Assembly: GCA_963169535.1 (NCBI GenBank)
Contig: CAUJED010000135.1
Coordinates: 3,002 to 67,001 of the forward strand
Source of the DNA: Bacteroidota bacterium
Lineage (GTDB): Bacteria; Bacteroidota; Bacteroidia; Flavobacteriales_F; PHOS-HE28
DNA length: 64,000 bases
Direction of reading: 5' to 3'
Shown here: positions 22,178-31,549 of the stretch, piece after piece
Position numbering within the stretch: the first letter of the stretch is position 1
How the letters are laid out: each line of letters begins with the position of its first letter
The notes under the pieces: generated by a model
The model's input: only the letters and a program-made list of their open reading frames with translations
Told to the model about the DNA's origin: nothing
The model's database searches: none
Program-made: the position numbers and the translations under genes

Positions 22178-22294
22178 ATGAAGGTCAGGGCCTCCCTCAA
22201 ACCACGCTCGGCGGATTGCAAGATCGTCCGCCGCAAAGGGCGTCTGTACATCATCAACAAGAAGAACCCGAAGTTCAAGCAGCGTCAGGGCTGA
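22178..22294 (+). CDS. rpmJ: 50S ribosomal protein bL36 (not in the ORF track; 38 aa)
   Basis: Hand translation gives [38 protein letters not shown], followed by TGA. Conserved position between infA and rpsM. Confidence 0.94.
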   Translation: MKVRASLKPRSADCKIVRRKGRLYIINKKNPKFKQRQG

Positions 22295-22307
22295 TAAACG
22301 CACGAGC

Positions 22308-22685
22308 ATGGCACGTATCGCAGGTATCGACCTACCCAAACAGAAGCGGGGCTGCATCGGCCTCACCTACATCTATGGTATCGGCCGCAGCACGGCACTC
22401 CATATCCTGGAGCAGGCGGGCGTGGACCCGGACACGATCGTGGAGGAGTGGACCGATGATGAACAAGGCCGGATCCGTCAGTTCATCAACGACAACATCA
22501 AGGTGGAAGGCGCGCTGCGCAGCGAGGTGCAGTTGAGCGTGAAGCGCCTGATGGACATCGGTAGCTACCGAGGTACGCGCCACCGTGCAGGTCTGCCTGT
22601 CCGTGGTCAGCGCACCCGCACGAACAGCCGTACCCGCAAGGGCAAGCGGAAGACCGTGGCCAACAAGAAGAAAGCAACGAAGTAA
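22308..22685 (+). CDS. rpsM: 30S ribosomal protein uS13
   Basis: 125 aa, [14 protein letters not shown]..., [22 protein letters not shown]. Confidence 0.97.
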   Translation: MARIAGIDLPKQKRGCIGLTYIYGIGRSTALHILEQAGVDPDTIVEEWTDDEQGRIRQFINDNIKVEGALRSEVQLSVKRLMDIGSYRGTRHRAGLPVRGQRTRTNSRTRKGKRKTVANKKKATK

Positions 22686-22755
22686 TCAGTTGCCAGTTGT
22701 CAGTTGCCAGCAGGCTTCTACTGACAACCGACAACGGACAACCGACAACTGACAG
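22686..22755 (+). other. Long imperfect hairpin built from 7-nt repeats in the rpsM-rpsK spacer
   Basis: Left arm is CAGTTGC CAGTTGT CAGTTGC CAG (22687..22710) and the loop is CAGGCTTCTA. Right arm is CTGACAAC CGACAAC GGACAAC CGACAAC TGACAG (22721..22755). About 20 of 25 opposed positions pair. Confidence 0.6.
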
Positions 22756-22758
22756 ACA

Positions 22759-23169
22759 ATGGCAAAGCAAGAAGGCAAGGGCGGCGCTGCCGCTGGCAAG
22801 AAGAAGAAGAAGAAGGTGGTCGTGGAGGCCTATGGTCAGGCCCACATCCAAGCCACGTTCAATAACCTGATCATCAGCCTTACGAACAACAAGGGCGAGG
22901 TGATCAGCTGGTCCTCCTCGGGGAAGAACGGCTTCCGCGGCAGCAAGAAGAACACGCCTTACGCCGGACAGCTCAGCGCTGAAGAGGCCGCACGCGAAGC
23001 CCATGAACTGGGGCTGCGTAAGGTGAAGGTGTTCGTGAAGGGCCCCGGAGGTGGCCGTGAGAGCGCCATCCGTGCCCTGCACAACAGCGGTGTCGAAGTG
23101 ACCGAGATCATCGACATCACCCCCATGCCCCACAACGGCTGCCGTCCACCCAAGAAGCGCCGCGTTTGA
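22759..23169 (+). CDS. rpsK: 30S ribosomal protein uS11
   Basis: 136 aa, ...[26 protein letters not shown]..., [16 protein letters not shown]. Confidence 0.97.
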   Translation: MAKQEGKGGAAAGKKKKKKVVVEAYGQAHIQATFNNLIISLTNNKGEVISWSSSGKNGFRGSKKNTPYAGQLSAEEAAREAHELGLRKVKVFVKGPGGGRESAIRALHNSGVEVTEIIDITPMPHNGCRPPKKRRV

Positions 23170-23240
23170 TCAATAACCGTAGGAGCGCGAAGGACGCGTG
23201 CTCCGTTGTTGGTGCGTAGAGCACCCAAAAGAAGAACAGA

Positions 23241-23849
23241 ATGGCACGTTACACAGGACCCAAGACCCGGATCGCACGTAAGTTCCAAGAGGCGATCTAT
23301 GGCCCGGACAAGTGGATGGAGCGCAAGCCCCACGCCCCCGGACAACATGGACCCAACGCTCGTCGTCGCAAGAAGGACAGCGAATACAGCAGCCAGCTGC
23401 GCGAGAAGCAGAAGGCGAAATACACCTACGGTATCCTCGAGCGCCAGTTCGAGAAGATGTACAACCTGGCTGCCAGCAAGCGCGGTATCACCGGTGAGGT
23501 GTTGTTGCAACTCTGCGAATCCCGCTTGGACAACACGGTTTTCCGGTTGGGTATCGCCCCCACGCGCCGTGCGGCCCGTCAGTTGGTGAGCCACGGCCAC
23601 ATCACCGTTGATGGCGCTGTGGTGAACGTGGCCAGCTACGGTCTGCGTGCCGGTCAGAGCGTGGCCGTGCGTGAGCGCAGCCGGAGCCTGGAGACCATCA
23701 GCAACAGCGTTGCGGTGAGCAATCGTCGCTTCGATTGGCTGGAGTGGAACCCACAGACCATGTCCGGGAAGTTCATCGCGGCACCAGAGCGTGCCCAGAT
23801 CCCGGAAACGATCCGCGAGCAGCTGATCGTGGAATTGTACAGTAAGTAA
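23241..23849 (+). CDS. rpsD: 30S ribosomal protein uS4
   Basis: 202 aa, [15 protein letters not shown]..., [27 protein letters not shown]. Confidence 0.97.
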   Translation: MARYTGPKTRIARKFQEAIYGPDKWMERKPHAPGQHGPNARRRKKDSEYSSQLREKQKAKYTYGILERQFEKMYNLAASKRGITGEVLLQLCESRLDNTVFRLGIAPTRRAARQLVSHGHITVDGAVVNVASYGLRAGQSVAVRERSRSLETISNSVAVSNRRFDWLEWNPQTMSGKFIAAPERAQIPETIREQLIVELYSK

Positions 23850-23914
23850 GAAGCCATCGGGGCGAGCACTGAGGAGGAGGAAAGACCAACCCAACGAACA
23901 ACGATCAAGCACAC

Positions 23915-24916
23915 ATGCCCATTCTCGAATTCCAGCGGCCCGACAAGGTCACGATGATCGAATCCGATGACAAGCGCGGCACCTTCGAGTTCCGTCCCTT
24001 GGAGCCGGGTTATGGTATCACCATCGGAAACGCCCTTCGCCGGATCCTGCTCAGCAGCCTCGAAGGCCACGCGATCACCAGCGTGCGTATCGATGGCGTG
24101 GACCACGAGTTCAGCACCATCAAGGGTGTGATCGAGGATATGACCGAGATCGTGCTCAACCTCAAGCAGGTGCGCTTCCGCCGCCAGCTCGATGACCTGA
24201 GCACCGAGAAGGTCTCCTTTACCGTGACCGGCAAGGACAGCTTCACTGCGGGCGACATCGGCAAGCACACCACCGGGTTCCAGGTATTGAACCCCGAACT
24301 GGTGATCGCGCACATGGAGCCGAACGTGAAGTTGCACGTGGAGCTCACCGTAGGCAAGGGCCGTGGTTACGTGCCCGCCGACGAGAACAAGGCTCAGAAC
24401 GCTCCTGTCGGAACCATCGCCATCGACAGCATCTTCACGCCGATCAAGAACGTGAAGTACACGGTGGAGAATACCCGTGTGGAGGAGAAGACGGACTACG
24501 AGAAACTCACGATCGAAGTGGTGTCCGACGGAAGCATCTCGCCGAAGAACGCACTGCAGGAAGCCGCCAAGATCCTGATCCACCACTTCATGCTGTTCAG
24601 CGATGAGCGCATCAGCTTGGAGGTGGAAGAACGGGGCACGGTGAGCGAGTCCGACGAGTTCGACGAGACCAGCCTGCACATGCGCCAGCTGCTGAAGACC
24701 AAGTTGGTGGACATGGACCTGAGCGTACGGGCACTGAATTGTTTGAAGGCCGCGGACATCGAGACCCTCGGCGACCTGGTGTCCTTCAACAAGAACGATC
24801 TCTTGAAGTTCCGGAACTTCGGGAAGAAGAGCCTGACCGAGCTGGAGGACCTGGTGGAGAACAAGGGCCTGAGCTTTGGGATGAACGTGAGCAAGTACAA
24901 ACTGGATAGGGAATAA
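23915..24916 (+). CDS. rpoA: DNA-directed RNA polymerase subunit alpha
   Basis: 333 aa, ...[23 protein letters not shown]..., C-terminal domain ...[21 protein letters not shown]... Confidence 0.97.
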   Translation: MPILEFQRPDKVTMIESDDKRGTFEFRPLEPGYGITIGNALRRILLSSLEGHAITSVRIDGVDHEFSTIKGVIEDMTEIVLNLKQVRFRRQLDDLSTEKVSFTVTGKDSFTAGDIGKHTTGFQVLNPELVIAHMEPNVKLHVELTVGKGRGYVPADENKAQNAPVGTIAIDSIFTPIKNVKYTVENTRVEEKTDYEKLTIEVVSDGSISPKNALQEAAKILIHHFMLFSDERISLEVEERGTVSESDEFDETSLHMRQLLKTKLVDMDLSVRALNCLKAADIETLGDLVSFNKNDLLKFRNFGKKSLTELEDLVENKGLSFGMNVSKYKLDRE

Positions 24917-24949
24917 CGTACGGGGGGGGATCCTTCCGCTCCAACTACG

Positions 24950-25438
24950 ATGAGACACGGAAACAAGAACAACGCGCTCGGCCGCAAGAAGGCCCACCGC
25001 GACGCGCTGCTGAGCAACCTGGCGATCTCGTTGATCGACCACAAGCGCATCGAGACCACACTGGCCAAGGCCAAGGCCCTGCGTCTGTTCGTGGAGCCCT
25101 TGATCACCAAGAGCAAGGACGATACCACGCACAGCCGCCGTGTGATCTTCAGTGAACTACAGAACAAGGAGGCAACGGCCACCCTGTTCCGCGATGTGGC
25201 CCCGAAGGTGGCCAGCCGCCCCGGTGGCTACACGCGCATCATCAAGCTGGGCAACCGCTTGGGCGATGCCGCGGAGATGGCCATGATCGAGCTGGTGGAC
25301 TTCAATACCACCTACACCAAGGAGAAGTCCGCAGGTGCAGCGAAGAAGACCCGCCGTACCCGCCGTACCACCGGCAAAGGCGCGACCGCTAAAGCCGAGC
25401 CGAAAGCCGAAGGCGGCGAGGAGGCCAAGAGCGAGTGA
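24950..25438 (+). CDS. rplQ: 50S ribosomal protein bL17
   Basis: 162 aa, [24 protein letters not shown]..., with a Lys/Ala-rich C-terminal tail. Confidence 0.96.
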   Translation: MRHGNKNNALGRKKAHRDALLSNLAISLIDHKRIETTLAKAKALRLFVEPLITKSKDDTTHSRRVIFSELQNKEATATLFRDVAPKVASRPGGYTRIIKLGNRLGDAAEMAMIELVDFNTTYTKEKSAGAAKKTRRTRRTTGKGATAKAEPKAEGGEEAKSE

Positions 25439-25458
25439 TCGCCTCGAACGGAAATGTA

Positions 25459-25484
25459 CCAAGGGCGCCGGAAGGCGCCCTTGG
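25459..25484 (+). terminator. Stem-loop terminator candidate after rplQ
   Basis: Perfect 11-bp stem CCAAGGGCGCC / GGCGCCCTTGG with loop GGAA, 21 nt after the rplQ stop. The following T-tract is weak (TGCGTTC). Confidence 0.6.
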
Positions 25485-25504
25485 TGCGTTCAAGCCAGTT
25501 GGAT

Positions 25505-25525
25505 GTTGCACGCGCCTGGTGCAAC
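25505..25525. terminator. Second short hairpin in the convergent gap (possible terminator for the minus-strand membrane gene)
   Basis: GTTGCAC / GTGCAAC 7-bp stem with a 7-nt loop, about 40 nt beyond the stop at 25564. Confidence 0.3.
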
Positions 25526-25563
25526 AAGCCATCGTACCTGCAAGAGCGTTGTGGCGATTCGGG

Positions 25564-26703
25564 TCACGGGATGGACCGATGGGCACCGGGACGCAGCCCC
25601 ACGCTGGCCAGGACGATCACCCAGGGAAGGAGGGGCGCCAGGAAGCGTCCGCTCCACTCGTCGTGCGTTAGTCCCACGAGCGCGATGTTGAGTGCGAGGA
25701 TGACCAGGACCAGGTGGATCCGTTCGCTTCTCCGGTTCCGTACGATGCCCAGCCCTGCAAGTGGATAGAGTGCGAAGAAGAGCGCGTTGATGGCATTGTG
25801 CGCGGTGGAATACCACGGCCGCGTGAGGTTGAACAGCGAGCCCACGCGCCGTAGCGTGATGCCGGCCCATTCCGATGGCCCCACGCGATCCAACAGGTGG
25901 CGTTGCGCGTCCATGATGGTGGTGCCGGTGGATCCCTCGGCACCGACCCCTCCCACACCCGCGATCACTTGCCCGCTGGCGATGGGTTCCAGCTGGGGTG
26001 CTGCGATGCGCGGCACGCTGATGGCGGCGGCGAAGAGCGCTAAGCACGCCACGGCGAAGGCCCAACGAGAGAACGGAGCCGGGATCCGCGTGCGGAACTT
26101 CCACAACAGGGCGGGTACCACGAAGAACATGCCCACGGGTCGTGCGAAGAGCGCCAGCAGACCCAGGCCGATGGTGGCAGTATCCGCGCTCGGTGAACGG
26201 TCCAGCCGCTCCACGAAGAGGATCGACATGCACGTGAAGAAATGTTCGGTGTACAGGGCGAGCGCCCAGTGCTGGATCGGTGGGCAGAGCAGGAACAGCG
26301 CCATGGCCACACGTCCGAGCGCGACATTGCCGCTGATCCGCTCGGTGAAGCGGGCCAAGGCCTCAGCGGCCAGGATGCCGAGGATCACCTGGGCGAGGAT
26401 CGTGATCCATAGGCTATCGATGATCACGAACGGCAGTAGGAAAAGGATGTAGCCCGCGTACTTCAAGTAGTTCCCGGTCAGGTCGGTGAAGTCGCCGTGC
26501 AGCACGGAGCGTGCACAGCCGGTGTACTTCAGCGCCTCGTTGTCCACCAGGACACCCTGGGTCGCGCCAATGGCCACGAGCAGCAGCACGTGCATTCCGA
26601 TGATGATCCATCGGGTACGCGGCAGGGCGAGCTGGTGCAGGGCGGAGTAGAACTGAGCGATGACCAAAAGTAGGGGTGTTATCAACAGCTGTGGACGATC
26701 CAT
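25564..26703 (-). CDS. Polytopic integral membrane protein, function unknown (start trimmed to ATG 26703)
   Basis: Track ORF 25564..27393 has an N-terminal 230 aa that is antisense to carA. From MDRPQLLITPLLLVIAQFY... the 379-aa product is a run of hydrophobic helices. A GT-C-like glycosyltransferase is only a guess. Confidence 0.6.
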   Translation of the reverse strand: MDRPQLLITPLLLVIAQFYSALHQLALPRTRWIIIGMHVLLLVAIGATQGVLVDNEALKYTGCARSVLHGDFTDLTGNYLKYAGYILFLLPFVIIDSLWITILAQVILGILAAEALARFTERISGNVALGRVAMALFLLCPPIQHWALALYTEHFFTCMSILFVERLDRSPSADTATIGLGLLALFARPVGMFFVVPALLWKFRTRIPAPFSRWAFAVACLALFAAAISVPRIAAPQLEPIASGQVIAGVGGVGAEGSTGTTIMDAQRHLLDRVGPSEWAGITLRRVGSLFNLTRPWYSTAHNAINALFFALYPLAGLGIVRNRRSERIHLVLVILALNIALVGLTHDEWSGRFLAPLLPWVIVLASVGLRPGAHRSIP

Positions 26704-26728
26704 TGCAGGCCCATCCCTGGGTGGCCGG

Positions 26729-26736
26729 TATCTTTG
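26729..26736 (+). promoter_or_regulatory. Candidate -7 promoter box TATCTTTG upstream of carA
   Basis: Matches TAnnTTTG, 28 nt upstream of ATG 26764. The track's alternative TTG start (26734) lies inside this box. Confidence 0.35.
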
Positions 26737-26763
26737 GGGTCTCAAACCCCGTCGTCGTCCCGC

Positions 26764-27900
26764 ATGCTTGTAAGCCAGCACCCCGAAGCCCTTCTCCTGC
26801 TTGCCGATGGAACCATCTTCCGCGGCCGTGCGATCGGCGCTTCCGGGGTCACCACCGGAGAGATCTGTTTCAACACCGGGATGACCGGTTACCAGGAGAT
26901 CTTCACCGACCCCAGCTACACCGGCCAGATCATGACCATGGCTACGCCCCACGTGGGTAACTATGGGGTGAAGGATGGCGAGGAGGAGGGTCCACGGATC
27001 AGCATCGCCGGCCTTGTCGTCAAGAAGTACAGTGAGGTATGGAGTCGCACCGGTGCTACCGGGTCGTTGGACGAGTACCTCAAGCGCCAGGGCGTCGTTG
27101 GGATCAGTGATGTGGATACGCGCAAACTGGTCCGTCACATCCGGGACAATGGGGCGCAGAACGCATTGATCAGCACCACGGAGATGGATGTTGCGGTTTT
27201 GCGCAAGCGACTGGCCGAGACACCATCCATGGTCGGCCTGGAGCTTTCCAGCAGGGTATCCACCGCTCAGGAGTACGAGGTCGGTCCGGTGGATGGAGCA
27301 TTCCGGGTGGCGCTGTTGGACTTCGGCGTGAAGCGCAACATCGAGCGTTGCCTCACCGAGCGTGGTTGTCGGGTGCGTGTATTCCCCATGCACACTACGC
27401 TGGAGACCCTACTGGCCTGGAAGCCGCACGGCATCATGCTCAGCAACGGCCCCGGCGATCCCGGCGCCATGCCGGAGAGCAAGAAGCTCGTGCGCGCCAT
27501 CGTGGACAGCGGTGTACCCGTGTTCGGCATCTGCCTGGGCCACCAGCTCATCGCCGAAAGCCTCGGCATGGCCACGGAGAAGATGCACCATGGGCACCGG
27601 GGGATCAACCATCCGGTGAAGGACCTGACCACCGGCCGCGACGAGGTGACCTCGCAGAACCACGGCTTCGTTGTGCGCAAGGCCGATGCCGAGGGGAACA
27701 GCGCCGTGGAGATCACGCACCTGCACCTGAACGACGGCAGTGTCGCCGGTTTCCGTCTGAAGGGCCGCCCCGTGTTCTGCGTACAGTATCATCCAGAGGC
27801 CGGGCCAGGACCGAACGACAGCCGCTACCTGTTCGATCGTTTCGTGGAGAACATGCGGAACCAGACCGCCGTAGAAACCACATCACACCAGAACGCATAA
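26764..27900 (+). CDS. carA: Carbamoyl-phosphate synthase small (glutamine amidotransferase) subunit
   Basis: MLVSQHPEALLLLADGTIFRGRAIGASGVTTGEICFNTGMTGYQEIFTDPSY... aligns with CarA N-termini. Amidotransferase motif GICLGHQLI present. Start trimmed from 26734. Confidence 0.95.
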   Translation: MLVSQHPEALLLLADGTIFRGRAIGASGVTTGEICFNTGMTGYQEIFTDPSYTGQIMTMATPHVGNYGVKDGEEEGPRISIAGLVVKKYSEVWSRTGATGSLDEYLKRQGVVGISDVDTRKLVRHIRDNGAQNALISTTEMDVAVLRKRLAETPSMVGLELSSRVSTAQEYEVGPVDGAFRVALLDFGVKRNIERCLTERGCRVRVFPMHTTLETLLAWKPHGIMLSNGPGDPGAMPESKKLVRAIVDSGVPVFGICLGHQLIAESLGMATEKMHHGHRGINHPVKDLTTGRDEVTSQNHGFVVRKADAEGNSAVEITHLHLNDGSVAGFRLKGRPVFCVQYHPEAGPGPNDSRYLFDRFVENMRNQTAVETTSHQNA

Positions 27901-29199
<1,299 letters not shown>

Positions 29200-29503
29200 C
29201 CGATCGCCCTGTTCCGCACGTGGCGGGCTCGGGGCGTTGGGTCGAGAAGCGGTCTTATCCCATTTCGCATTAAGGCGTAGGCTAAAGCTGCGAAGGGATT
29301 TTTTCGCAGGACGATACGGCGGGGTCGTTGCGTGACCGGTGCTACGGAAAGATCACGACCGAGAAGTCATGCGGGAACAGGGCGAGTGACCGGCTCACTC
29401 CTTCGTGCGGAACGGGGTTATACCATTTGGACATTCAATAGCGGCCGAAGATGCGCGGCTATTTCTTCACAGGCCGATCCGGGAGGCCTGTTGCAACATG
29501 GTA

Positions 29504-31360
29504 TCATTGGCTCAACCCGATGTATTGGTCCAGCAGTACCTGTTCCAGGGCTTTGCCGTTCAGGAGTTGTTCGGCATCGAGTGCTGAGCTGCGCGTACTA
29601 TCGCGCCGTTGGAGCAACTGGCCGGAGAGGTTGTCGTACACTTGGCATTGCTCCGCATCGGCGATCCCGAACCCATCATCGAAGGTCCAGAACGCGAAGT
29701 GCTCCACCTCGGGGTCGAAAAGGTCCTTGCTCCAGATGGACCGGATGGGCTGTAGGCCGACCTGCGCGAGCAGGGTGTTGGCCAGGTCCGTATGCGAGCC
29801 GAAGGTGGGGTTCTGTGTTCCGCGGTAGGCTTGGAGGAGCGCACCGCCGGTGAAGAGCAAGGGGATCCGATGCCGTTCCGCAGCGTGGTGCCCTCGGTTG
29901 TGCGGCAGGTAGTGGCCATGGTCCGCCACGATCACCACCAAGGTGCTATCGTACCAAGGCTGATGCTTGCACCCTTCGATGAAATCGGCCAATGTGCGGT
30001 CCGTATAGTGCACGCTGTTGCGGTATTGTTGGGGTTGATCGTTGCCGGGAAAGCCTTCGTCCACGGGCACATCGAAGGGTTCGTGGCTGGTGCTGGTCAT
30101 CACCACATGGAAGAAAGGCTCCGAGGTCCGATGCGCATCCTTCAGGTGGAAGGCGAAGAGTTCCTCGTCGTAGGCGCCCCAGCGTGTTCGGCGTTGGATG
30201 GGGAAGGAGCGCTCATCGTGCACCTTGTCGAACCCCATGGCCTCCAAGTAGGCGCGTGTATTGGCGAAGGCCACATCGCCCGCATAGTAATAGGTCGAGG
30301 TATATCCTGCGGAATCCAGGATATTCACCAGGCTGTGCAACCGGTCGAACTTGCCGTATTGCCGGATGATGGTGGTCTTGGGCTGTGAGGGAAAGCTGCT
30401 CAGGGTGGCGCAGAGGCCTTGCTCGGTGCGGAATCCGGTGCTGTAGAAGTTCGTGAACAGGAGGCCCTCCCTGGCCAGCCTGTCGAATCCCGGGGTCACG
30501 CCGCTGTCCCCGCCGAGCACCCCTACCACATCGGCGGTCCAACTTTCCAGGAGGACCAACAGGATGTTCGGCCGTTGTGCGGAGAGGATGGTCGCATCTC
30601 TTTTCGCACCATGTTGGTGGAGCGCCTTGTAACGTTGTTCCGCCTCCTCCTTCGACATGAAGGTGTAGGGGTTCGCAGAGATCTCCGGTGGTTCGGCCAG
30701 GAGCACGATCACATTCCAAGTGCCGTTGAGCGCACCGAGGTTCAACAAGGGATGCGCACCGTAGTACGACCAACTCCGGTCGATCGGGAAGGGTTGTACG
30801 CCACCGCGCATGCCCACGAAGAGGAGGGGGAGGACCAGCGGGGTGATGGCGCGTTGCCACAGGGCGTTCGTGCGGAAAGTCCGTTGGTGGTCGATCCGCG
30901 ACAGGACCAGGAGTGCCACCGCACATTGGGCCACGAGGATCACGATCAATTGGCCGATCGGTGCCCCGGCCGTGGCATGCAGCACCTCTTCCGGGTAGGC
31001 CAGGTAGGAGAGTGCCTTGTGGCTCACCTTGGTGCCCCACGCGGTGAACAGGGCGATATCGCACACGTTGATGAGGCTCGTGATCACCACCAGGGTTGCG
31101 GTGATGCCCACCATGACCCGCCGGAGCCAGCGGAGTTCCTTGAAGAGGAGGACGATGCCGCAGAGCGCAACGGGGAGTGTGAGGTAGCATGCGGTGGCCA
31201 GGTCCATGGCCATGGCGCGCCGGAACCCCAGGAGGATGGTCTCGGCCGCGATGCCATTGAGCCGAGAGGTGTCGAAGAAGACGAAGCAGGCTTGTTGGAC
31301 CAGGAAGAGCGCGATCCAGAACAGGATCAGCTGAAGGAGGAGCGCAAGGAGGTTCCGCAT
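29504..31360 (-). CDS. LTA synthase / sulfatase (alkaline-phosphatase superfamily) membrane protein
   Basis: 618 aa. N-terminal multi-helix membrane region followed by a sulfatase-type domain (NILLVLLESWTADV..., VMTSTSHEPF, VIVADHGH). Confidence 0.85.
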   Translation of the reverse strand: MRNLLALLLQLILFWIALFLVQQACFVFFDTSRLNGIAAETILLGFRRAMAMDLATACYLTLPVALCGIVLLFKELRWLRRVMVGITATLVVITSLINVCDIALFTAWGTKVSHKALSYLAYPEEVLHATAGAPIGQLIVILVAQCAVALLVLSRIDHQRTFRTNALWQRAITPLVLPLLFVGMRGGVQPFPIDRSWSYYGAHPLLNLGALNGTWNVIVLLAEPPEISANPYTFMSKEEAEQRYKALHQHGAKRDATILSAQRPNILLVLLESWTADVVGVLGGDSGVTPGFDRLAREGLLFTNFYSTGFRTEQGLCATLSSFPSQPKTTIIRQYGKFDRLHSLVNILDSAGYTSTYYYAGDVAFANTRAYLEAMGFDKVHDERSFPIQRRTRWGAYDEELFAFHLKDAHRTSEPFFHVVMTSTSHEPFDVPVDEGFPGNDQPQQYRNSVHYTDRTLADFIEGCKHQPWYDSTLVVIVADHGHYLPHNRGHHAAERHRIPLLFTGGALLQAYRGTQNPTFGSHTDLANTLLAQVGLQPIRSIWSKDLFDPEVEHFAFWTFDDGFGIADAEQCQVYDNLSGQLLQRRDSTRSSALDAEQLLNGKALEQVLLDQYIGLSQ

Positions 31361-31405
31361 CGGCGGATCGGACGGTCAGTGAGAGGTACGGGCCACGGTC
31401 GATCC

Positions 31406-31413
31406 CAAAAGTA
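31406..31413 (-). promoter_or_regulatory. Candidate -7 promoter box TACTTTTG upstream of the LtaS-family gene
   Basis: Plus-strand CAAAAGTA, 45 nt upstream of the ATG at 31360. Confidence 0.35.
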
Positions 31414-31549
31414 CGTTCCGGTGGGTGCGGTGGACAGGGTGGCGTACGGTTTCCGGAACATCGTGTAGCGCGTTCAACCGTGCGGTCGCAGCGTACGGTG
31501 TTGTCGCCCAACCCGGGGATCGATCCGGATGGCCTACCGGCGGTGGCTG

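Noticed and set aside
11267-25132. Further long minus-strand ORFs across the ribosomal operon (11267..13078, 15012..17033, 19837..21765, 22959..23912, 23654..25132)
   Set aside because: All are antisense to ribosomal, secY, map or rpoA genes, and none has a recognisable domain. Stop-codon depletion in GC-rich antisense frames explains them.
26704-27393. N-terminal 230 aa of track ORF 25564..27393 (609 aa)
   Set aside because: This part is antisense to carA and non-hydrophobic. The membrane protein starts cleanly at ATG 26703, leaving a 60-nt divergent promoter region.
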